DNA of 64,000 bases from Tubiluchus corallicola (Eukaryota; Animalia; Priapulida): NCBI GenBank assembly GCA_030141605.1, contig JAQGDQ010000282.1, forward strand, positions 1 to 64,000, in the 5' to 3' direction. The notes below the pieces were generated by a model. That model did no database searches. It was not told where the DNA came from and worked only from the letters and a program-made list of their open reading frames with translations. The stretch's first letter is position 1. Each line of letters begins with the position of its first letter. Below, piece by piece: positions 53,780 through 64,000 of the stretch. A program made the translations under genes and the position numbers.

Positions 53780-54880
53780 CAAACTCTTTGATTTTCAAGA
53801 AATTTCCATATATAATTATAGATTTCCCCTCAACTCCAGAGCAAAAATTCTCACTTTAACCAGCAACTCAGATTTCCAAGAATCATCTATCCACACTTCG
53901 AAACGTGGTTGAAATTTATTCCTGTTAAATTTAATCACTGTAGAAGACCTATCCAGTTGATTTTTCCAAACTTGCACGCCAACCTCACTAACTTTCTTTT
54001 TTATGAAATTATTCGAACCCTTCTCGGTCAAATTTATGTCTGTTAATTTACTAAGGCCTTGCGCTGATAAATTTCCAAGCGCCATAGTATGTTACCATAA
54101 ACTCCCAAACTAAATTTATCTGCTTAAAAGGTTACTCGTTTCACTCGTCTTGAACCAATTCTACAACACACCATAAAGCTCTCATCCTTCTTGAATAATC
54201 TATCTTCGCTCATAAATATAATATAAGACGCACTTTTGCTTCTCTTACGACCCATAAAATATGAAAAACCAGATTCACTTCTCAGCGCTGGTCCACAACA
54301 ATTTTTGCTCTTCTATAGCCAACGAGAAGAATTTTATCTCATACTTTCATAAAATTAATCTCTTTTTGATCAAACACTCTCCCAGCACATCGAACATGGA
54401 ACTATTACTGACTTCAGTCCTACTAATCCCTCTTCGATAATCAAATTCCATTGCCATAAATTTATAGCACCCACCATTTTTCTTAAATCAGGTATTCTCT
54501 CACGCTCTCTCACGAACTATTTTCATCTTATGCTTTCTGATCAGCATACCAAACTATTTTTCACTTGTAGATTGTTTAGTTTCAAAACCAGCCTATTTAA
54601 AACTACTTAGATTAATAGTATTATCACCAGTTAATAAAAGAGATGCACCCTTTTTAGAACTAAAAATCAAACCATATGCAACGTCCACCCAGACTTTCAA
54701 CTATTTTCAATAAATATATGACCCATATTATTTTCTCTCTCTGAAAACAAGATTATATCATTTGCAAAAGCTAATCCAGTAATCACTAATTCATCGTGAA
54801 AGCAAAACCACATTTTAACTCATCTACTTTTTTAAGAATTCAGAAATATATAGGCAAAAAATATTGCTGTAATACGGCTT
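53780..54880 (-). mobile_element. Degraded non-LTR retrotransposon RT remnant
   Basis: Minus strand gives TGLAFANDIIL (degenerate FADD motif, ~54780) and downstream LINE-like residual ORF 53816-54085; many stops. Confidence 0.55.
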
Positions 54881-55118
54881 TACAACTTGTCTATCAAGGT
54901 GCACTATTTACTCTCCATACTTTCTACAGCACCATGAACGATATACATTGTACAGTTAGGACGGTCACGTGATCGTTAAATGAAAATGAAATCGTCGTCT
55001 GTCGGTTGACAGGAGAGACTGTGATCTGATTAAACTGATGTGATCGCTTTGTAAAGTGTTACGGCATTCTGATTCACCCAGCAATTACTCTGTAATGAAC
55101 CTGTGATAACATATTAAC

Positions 55119-58100
55119 ATGACTGCAAAATTAACTTTTATTGTTCTCATTATTCTTTACGTGTCTATAATTTGTACCGAGTCTCTTGTTAATGAGAATG
55201 TTGCTCATGGGTTTAATAATATAATAAATGGGGCTAAAAGTGACCGTGAAGATTCAAACGTAACTTTGCTGCATGTAGAGAAGCATAATACTAATGATCT
55301 GATGCTTGTGGAAGGTACTGAGATGCAAAATGGTCATAACAATGACACTGAAGATAAACGATATCATGTTGCTAGTTTTTCCTGGGAACACGTCCAAGCG
55401 CCCTATATCATTTCATTGTGGATTCTTTTTGCGAGCTTATGCAAAACAGGTAATTTTTGAAGATGACAGCGTCTTCATTTTTAGTATGCAGCAATTTAGT
55501 CTAAATTTACTATATCAAATGAAGAAATAAAATCTGTCATTAATTAGCAGCAAAATAATTATGCATATAATGATTATTGCAATGTCACATGATTATGGAA
55601 GGGCCATGTTGAATAACTGTTGCTGAGTAATTTACTTTTTATAGTATAACTATAAATTCGATACCAATTTATATTTTACATTTTTATTGTAAAACACCAT
55701 TGCAGTTACACACATAGATCTATGTACTGCGTCACAATGTACTACGCTTACAATTGCACAATAGTAGGCAAACTAAAAGAAAATTACTAGCAATAAAGTA
55801 TGCAATTAATACACAACAGCTTGCATGGTTAGTTGTTAGCTGCTAGGGGCAAGATAAAAGAGATACGCAATGAAAAAGGATGACATGATGGTAAAATGGG
55901 GGTGTAAGTAAGTAATTTAAATAAAAAAGAAGAAAAAGCTAAACATTGTAAAAATGATGAGAAACAGTGAGGTTATAATGATGAAAATCCGATGGCTATA
56001 GCATTATAAGTCTAATATACGTGTACAAGGACGTACTAAGAGTGGCAACCAACATGGCACATACATCCTAATTGTAATGTGTATTTTTTTTTCTAGAAGC
56101 ACAGATTTAGAATTGTTTATTGGTTGTCATACTTACACCAGGTATTCTTAGCAATGTGAGCACATTGAATAATGATATAGGCATATTTGTCTAGATGTGC
56201 TATATAGTTTTGGTCAACCCCTTTCATCTGGAGGCTGATAATAGAGGCTTTCTCTTAATCAGCAGGTTTAAAGCATATCCAAACCAAAGCTAGGTTGTCA
56301 ACTAAGTCATGTAAAAAAAACAGACAGTACAGTATACAGGAAAAGTGTCATTTCTGTACTCTCTGAACAGGATTATGTAATATGTATATGTTAGGCTTTG
56401 TTATATATATATATATGCACATAGGTGCTGTGCAAATGTAATGTAATGGCATACCTAACAAACAGTCTACTGGGAGGGCTGAGTCTTTTATACAAGAAAG
56501 CTTTGAGCTTTTTATGCGCTCATTATGTGTACATTGTTTAAGACATTTTGTAGAAGATTTGTCGAGATTTGATAAAAGTTGGGAGTTTATAACTTTTTGC
56601 AATGGATATACCTTTGATACTGACATCTCTTGTTATTTCATCTTTTAGTCTTCAGTAGAGTTAGCTAATGTAAACTTCATCTTCACTGCTATAAGAGAGC
56701 CACTCCTATCTCTCAGTTACTTCTACACTTTTTGGTTATCTTTTTTGCTTTCTATCCATGCTTCACCTCATCCACATTATCTTAATTTTTGTTTAGTATA
56801 TATTATAGTAACATCCATTACACAGCAAGTTAAACAATATTGACTTTTTACGTTGATACTCTCACCACTTTGAGGCAAGCTCAGAAATTATTCTTCGAGT
56901 TTACATCCCGATTAGTCAGCATTATTGTGCATTGATGTTATAGTTCTAAAAATTTTTCAAAATTTGCCCATTCTAGACAACAAAATTTTTAAAAATTATT
57001 CTGACCTTAGCCTGATGTAATGTTTTGGCACCGTAATATCTTCGTTTTTTAAATATGATAAACTTGTCAATTGACTCAATGCCAGCTAAATTATTTTGAC
57101 TTTTGCTGATTACAGCACAAGAAATAGTGTAAAAAATTACTAAAAATATCTATCAGATTTGATTTTTGAAAATTTTTTTTTATTTTGTTGTTCTAGTTTA
57201 TTCGTTTATCTGTCTGTTGCTTCAGACACTTATATTGTTAAGTGCTAGTTTTCCCATTGTCGTTTTCAGGCTAAGGCCTGGTTGAGCTGTGTATTATGTT
57301 TTAGCTTTAAGGAGGCGGAAGCTCAAAATTTTGTCGTGATTTGTTTGCTTCTCCTTTTGTTCTTGTTTTGAGCTACTCCTTTAATTTTGTTCTTCTTTTT
57401 CTGTGATAGAAAAGAAACATTTGCTTGCAATTTATGGGAAAGTATCATTTGTAAATTGGTTTTGCTAAATTTATTGCTGAAAATAAGTAGTGAAAATGGG
57501 GATGATTAAACAGGAATGGAAAACTAGTATGTAACTTCTAGTCACATCTTATGAAAATAATCCCTAGAGGCCAGATCACTTTCATGGTAGCATTTTAGAA
57601 TTTTTTGTGACCTTGAGCTTGATTTTATACTCGAGCTAGACGCTGTACAGGATTTGGCATAGGCCTATATATTTTTCATTTGATTTCCAGGAAGTTACTT
57701 AGTTATAGGATTGTACGCAGTTTCTGTCGCTGGTAGTAATGAACATATTTTGAAATAGTTAAACTGGTTTGAAATTTTGCTGGTGGACAAAATACTAATT
57801 AGTTACAAATTACTATTTTAAAAAATGCAGAGTTTCTTCCTGGTAAACATGTTATATATAGCTTAGACCTATTATAAGGACAAACTTAGTAACCACATTT
57901 TTATTTTTGTTGATTGTTAAACCATCTTGTCACTCTCTTGTAGCAAACTTAACCTCATTGCAAACTATAGGAGCTATATATAGAGCATCCCTAATGGACC
58001 AAATGACACTCAGTTTGTAACACAAAGTTGTCATTTCTGCATGTCATGCATCCAACATGTGGTGTCGCTGTGCACTACCACATCTTCCTGGTGAGATACG

Positions 58101-58158
58101 ACCAGCAAAAAAGTTCTGGAATACTGTTAATCGAAAAGCTAAAGTTCTTTAAATAATT

Positions 58159-58206
<48 letters not shown>

Positions 58207-61115
58207 GCTGCTGCTGCTGCTGTTATTATTACTATTATTATTATTATTACTAAAAAATTAAGCAAGTTGATTTTTGTGGGTATTGCACAAAGTTGTCATT
58301 TACGGCTGTCTAAGTTATCACTTTTACCTTTTACCTGTCACACACATTTAAGACAAATGATTGGGGATTGTAAGGTAGTCTATATAGGGATTTACAAATA
58401 ATAGTTCAGACATATTAGTGGACTGACTAGTTTTTTTTTCTGCTTATATGACCCAGTGTTTACTTGCTTTAATACTGCTTTAGTTGATTTGTAGAAAAGC
58501 CAGCAGCTAGGTGATGACTGGGTGATCCAATGGGTAGACTGTTTGATTGATTAGTCGCCTTTCCTCATTTTAGGCTAGATTGCTATCCTGAGCTAGGTTA
58601 CTGAGCATTTGAGTAGGACTGCAAAAACGCACATGCCTAGGGAAAAAAGCTGCAAGTATTCTCTTACTGGCTTAATAACGCTGTCAAATTTTTACCATTG
58701 TTTACCACCTGAACAGCATTCTCTAGCACTAAACAGTCTGCAGTAAATGCACTAGGCTACTAGACAAATATATATATTCATGTAGGCAATTCAGTGTTGT
58801 ATCATTTCTTTTACAGCTTTCCATCTGTCTAAGAAGTTGCCGCTTGTGTTTCCGGAGAGTTGCATGCTGGTGTTGCTTGGGATCACTGTTGGCATCGTCT
58901 TCTTCTTCTCCAGCCAATCCAGGGAACAGTTTTACACTATGAGCAGTGATACATTCTTTCTTTATCTTCTACCTCCCATTGTGCTTGATGCTGGTTACTT
59001 CATGCCCACGAGAGCTTTTTTTGATAATATTGGAACCATACTCCTATTTGCTGTGATTGGGACATTGTTCAATGCATTTGCAGTAGGATTCTCATTATTT
59101 GGCCTCAGTGTAGCAGGCGTGTTCGGTATAAAGGTAACAAAATAAAATGTATATTACAAATAATGAAAATTTTTACTTAGTACACAAAGTCCACGTGTGT
59201 TAAGAACAAGATATAGGGTCAGTGATATGCTTACTATCATTAGCAACATAATTAGTGCTGAATGCAGATGTCAAAGTATTTTCTAAAAGTCTCTTGCAAC
59301 AGTCAGTATACGGGATGATTGTGTTTAATAGATCTTGTGAGAATTGTAGGGTAGGACTGTTCCTTTTTTTAAAGTGAAGTTTGTGAAGAGAAAGTCATTT
59401 TGAAAATTTCTGCAACTTGTGAACCAAAATTAATTTCATGTAATTCTATAGGTATAAGTCACAAAATTATCGTTAATCTTTTGTTTGCACAAATCAGGCC
59501 CGCGACCATAGATTTACTGGTGCTGAGCAACAGCATAGAAAATATTCAGGAATTTCTCACTAAATGTGCTGTGGGTGTTTGTTTAAAGATACAAATTGCT
59601 TTATGACATATAGATGATTTAGAACATTGATGTAGGGCAAATCAATACTATACTATTATAAAAAAACTTCTCGGGCACTTAACATAGATCTATGATGTTG
59701 ATAAAGTTATGCACACATGACGTAGCTTAACACTTTATCCTAATAGTTTCAACAATCAATATATTATTTGTCACAACCTGTCATTGTCCACAAAGCTTAA
59801 AATGCTTGTGTTAAAATAAATGCTGATATGATGGAACAAACTCATAATTAATGTTTATCCAATTGTAAGGAGTGAACTTTGGACTGTCATCACTGGGAAA
59901 CACAATGACGTAGTGGTGTCAGCCTTGTAGTAAGCCGAAGGTCACTGATTCAATCCAGGCTGTTCCAAATTTTCACATTCTCAGTCTTTCCAGTTTGGTA
60001 TCAAAATTTAATGTTGGTTTGTACCATCATTAATAATAACCTTGATATTAGAATTATAAAATTTTTAATTCTTACATATTAAAAACTTTTAAATATTTGA
60101 ACAACACCTGTAGTTAACTAATTATTCTGGATCTTTCACGTAAGGGGATTCACGTGCTTGTTAACAGTGTAGTAGAGAGACTGTTATTCGAAAGTACTGT
60201 CACAGTAATTACAGTCAATTACACAACTGCAAGCTAAAACAATTCAGTGCAGTAATGGTGCAATTAATTGCAGTAGCAAGCAGTTTGTCACTTTTTAGCT
60301 TCGAGCATATTAAATTCTGAAAATTTGTTATCTCACGTTGTATAAACTAAGATATAGGCTTTTTTAAACTTTGCAATATACATACATTTAACTGAGTCCT
60401 GGTCATCCTTACCTGCAGCTGTTTTATAAGTGTAGATCATTGTAGGTGTAGATTCGTGCCCGTTATGACTATGCTTTGGCACTAATTAATACAAATAGAC
60501 TCAATAGAAAATTAATAATTCAAACCAGGCTTTGAATTTTAATGCACTGCGTGTCTAACACCTGCATTATCTGTCCTGAATATTCATAATTTCATGATGG
60601 TATTGATTTAAAATGTCACCTGTACAGAGTGTTCTGTAATGCAACTGGTACCTAATTTACAATTTTAGTTTGAGCCCATAAATTCTGTTGCTATATTGAT
60701 AAAAAAAGGCTTACTGTAATAGCTTAGTGAAAACTTTCAGTTCTGTGTAAGCCTGCATTATCATTGTTTCAAAATTAATCGTAATTTAAGTCGTTTACAA
60801 AGTTGAGTGTTGTAACTAACAAATGCTGTTATGACTTGAACTTCAGGCTTTGCTGAGCTGCATTATAAATAACAACGATCATATCTCTAGGCCTTTATTT
60901 TCTTAACTGTGTGTAAATGACTTGAATTAAAATTATGATGCATTATTTATTTGAATATGCTTTAGATTGAATTACTACATTGCCTGTTATTTGGCTCACT
61001 CATATCTGCAGTGGACCCTGTGGCTGTGTTAGCTGTCTTTGAGGAAGTTCACGTCAATGAAATATTACATATCATTGTGTTTGGTGAATCACTGCTAAAT
61101 GATGCTGTGACTGTG
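55119..61115 (+). CDS. Na+/H+ exchanger (SLC9A, plasma-membrane NHE1-3-like), first three coding exons; the gene continues beyond the window
   Basis: Exons 55119-55449, 58817-59133, 60966-61115. Signal peptide followed by [56 protein letters not shown] and [13 protein letters not shown] (CPA1 signature). Confidence 0.93.
58154..58250. repeat. Compound trinucleotide microsatellite (TTG)n(CTG)n(TTA)n
   Basis: Directly visible in NHE intron 1. Confidence 0.95.
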
Positions 61116-61559
61116 GTAAGGTTATGTATATAAGTTTTTTTATAAACAATTGAAATAGTATGATTGCTTCAGAATTAAACAAAACAATTTTCTGAAAACT
61201 GTGATGATGGTCAGCCGCTGGCTAGACAGTATGAAAGAAGAAATTATAAAATTACTTTTGATTGTGCAAACATTGGCTGATTTTATGTTACAATGAATTT
61301 ATGTTACAGTTAGAAACCTAGGGATGTAGCTTGTGCGCTTAGAATAGTCTATGTGGGTAATTAAATAATTAACTGTAATAACTAGTTGACAATGTTTCTG
61401 ATGTGGTCAGAAACTGATGATTTTGCAACAATAGTTATAAAATTTAGCCTTACATATAAAGAGATAACAGTTTTTCTTGAAAATGCTTATTTTCTTTTAT
61501 TGAATTCACCTTGCTTGAATACATGGGAAGTATATTTCACAATGAAACCTCAGCATTTA

Positions 61560-62600
61560 ACTGTTCAGCCCAGTCAAAGGTCAATCGATCTCGGCATAAC
61601 TCATATCATTCAGTTTGTCTCATTGAGGCCTCTCATTTGATATGCAACAAGCTACTTTTGGTAGACCGTGGAAGGCATTTGTCTCCTCAACCCCTATTTT
61701 GCCCCCTAGATGTGTCGCGGATTAGCTATTCTTATTGTAACCTATACCATTCAATTCGCCTCACCAAGACCTTTCATTTGATATGCTACATGGCACTATT
61801 CGTAGACACTCGATGCATTTCTGTTCCCGACCCCACTTTTCGGTTTTTGCCCCTACTAGGGTCAGAGATCAATCAGTCTCGGGATAACTTATACCATTCG
61901 GTTTGTCTCATTGAGACCTTTCATTTGGTATACTATAAGCTAGTTCTGGTCGACACTGGAAGGCATTTGTCTCCTCGACCCCTATTTTGCCTCTTAGCGC
62001 TGTTCTGGACCCCCATTTTTCGATTTTTGCCCGTAGCAGAAATTTTTCCTGTGCATGGATGTCCCATATTTTGTGATGTGCAAGACCACACCCCGCCTAG
62101 CAACATACCAAATATTGTGACCCTAGCTCAAAAACTGTGGGAGCAGTTGGATCATAAAGAAAATAAAGACCCGCCTGCTCCGTGACCTTTGATCCGGAAA
62201 CTCCGGTCACATGCATACGTAGATAACTTTGCCTAGAGAGTGTACCCTGTGAGTTTTGTGTCCAATTGGAGGATCCCAAATTTTGCATTTTGGCCCCTCA
62301 CCTGGGCATTTAAAACTTGCCAGCTTTTTAAAACCCCAGGTGCACATCTACCCCATAGTACGCAAATACTTGTGAAAAAAATTTTGCAAAAACCCAAAAG
62401 TCCTAGGAGGAGTTGCGAGCTAAAGGAAAAACTGACCAATGCCCACTGCCTTTCCACCCTTGACCGTTGGTCAGCAGTTGCTATACTGTTGTTCGTGGCC
62501 CGCCAAGGGCTACCAACCCTGTGAGTTTAGTGAACCTAGCTTGCAAGGCTTACGAGTTATTAAGCGTTAAAGTGGTGGAGAATAAATAATAATAAATCAT
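61560..62600. mobile_element. Non-autonomous repeat element with ~140-bp internal tandem units
   Basis: The unit core CATTC..TT.G.CTCA...AG.CCT.TCATTTG.TAT recurs at ~61607, 61748 and 61895; GGAAGGCATTTGTCTCCTC occurs twice. The element is GC-richer than its flanks and ends in an AATAA-rich tract. Family uncertain (HINE/Helentron-like). Confidence 0.6.
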
Positions 62601-64000
62601 AATAAATCAAGTTTTTGCTATCTTAGTTAATTTCATAAAGTTTTTGATTTCGAAGTTAAGAATTATATATAGTGATGTAAATTTAAAATTATTGGTAATT
62701 CTAACTGAAATTTTAAAAACATATGACTTAGGCACATATATTTACTGCCTAATATCCAGTATGAGTCATGGAACTAAATGGGTGAGGTATATAAAGTAGA
62801 AATAGGACCTATTTTTGCAGAGGGATTGTGTAATCTGGTGATCAAGCCTAATGAGTTCTACTTAGATTTCCAGATTTAAACCTAAATTTGCTTTCCGATC
62901 TTTTGTTTGTTTATCACAATAATAACTTTAAAATTAAGTTCACGCTGCTATATCAGGTGACGCAAAAAATGTGCGGAAGTTTTGATCACAATTTAGAAAA
63001 AAAAAATAAATCAATTAAAGATTGTCACACTGATGTTACAGACACCTACGTATGAACATCAAAAATTTTAAGTCATTCCTTTAGATTTTTCAAAAAAATA
63101 TAGACGTTTTAAAACAACAAATCAACAAATAAATGTGGGAAAACTTTGTATGTCACTGTTGTTGAAATTTACGAAAAGTGCTCTTTCTGTCCACCATTTT
63201 CATCGCAAACTAGATGAAGACATTTCTTCCAGTAGCTTACACCGTTTCTCACTTCTTCAAGCGAGGTGTAATTGCAGCACTCAACGTTTTTTGCCTTTAG
63301 TTCCTCTGCCCCCAACAGTTTGTACAGTCACTTTCTCTCTAAGGGAATTCCAGATACCATAATCCAGAGGGTAAAAGTCCCATTTTTTTTCTTTGCCATA
63401 AACCTTTATCAGTGCTTTATATTCTGTCATGATAACCATGAAGTAGACTAGTTAGTTCCTTTATTGTTTTGCTTCATGTACAGTGAGTGCTTTATACGTC
63501 ACTGAACGTGGCTGTTTTTCAGTCGATGATTGATGATTAGCTGACATTGTTTCAGCTTGTAATTTTTTAACGTGAAAAGCTTTTCGGTTACAACCTAAAA
63601 ACCACCAAAACTATAAGCTTGTAACTTTCCCAGCCAAAAATTAATGTATTGTAATATCGTACTGTGAAATTCGTAGACCACTTGCTTCTGATATCATTGT
63701 AGTCTAAACTTGTGCACTTTTTTTCTGTGCCACCCGATATAAATAAATAGTGCAGTAAATATGGTAATAACAGTGTAGGCAGAATTTATGTCATTTTGTT
63801 TTCAAATGATATTGTCAAAGAATAGTGATTGAGTGAACTGATTCAGTGGCAGCGACAGTAACAGATCCTTTAAGGAAGTTTATGCTCTGATTGAGTCTCA
63901 AATTAACACTCCTGACTGACATTAGTTAATGTCAAGTTCTGGCTGTTGATCACATTTAAAAGAAACTGTCAAGCAAGTATAGAATGTGGCGGCGTATTCT

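Noticed and set aside
59905-59970. tRNA-like A/B box sequence (similar traces near 38795 and 49190)
   Set aside because: No cloverleaf can be built and the boxes are degenerate; probably SINE remnants, too weak to annotate.
61511-62185. 224-aa ORF
   Set aside because: Lies in an NHE intron within an internally repetitive element, starts at TTG and has no recognisable domain.
1-64000. CRISPR arrays, rRNA or prokaryotic systems
   Set aside because: The sequence is spliced eukaryotic DNA; no regularly spaced repeat-spacer array or rRNA-like segment was seen.

Overview
AT-rich, intron-containing genomic DNA from an invertebrate animal. In order, the window contains: a truncated Gypsy-type LTR retrotransposon (gag); a single-coding-exon ARMC7; and two diverged, convergently oriented PDPR-family genes (FAD oxidoreductase plus GcvT/folate domain; sarcosine/dimethylglycine dehydrogenase superfamily; + strand 5213-22846, - strand 44166-25909). 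These are followed by a three-exon STMP1/DUF4535 micropeptide gene head-to-head with the second PDPR gene, a RabX6-like GTPase, and the first three exons of an SLC9A/NHE Na+/H+ exchanger. Introns hold hAT and pogo/Tigger-type MITEs, CR1-like LINE remnants and a Penelope-like inverted repeat. The most interesting signals are in the PDPR pair. Paralog 1 keeps the covalent-FAD WHAAG motif and carries two tandem, 193-nt, apparently mutually exclusive exons encoding part of the FAD-binding domain. Paralog 2 has lost the flavinylation and putative catalytic residues, uses a GC-AG intron and has a candidate 36-nt UGC-flanked microexon. All exon models were assembled by eye without transcript data.
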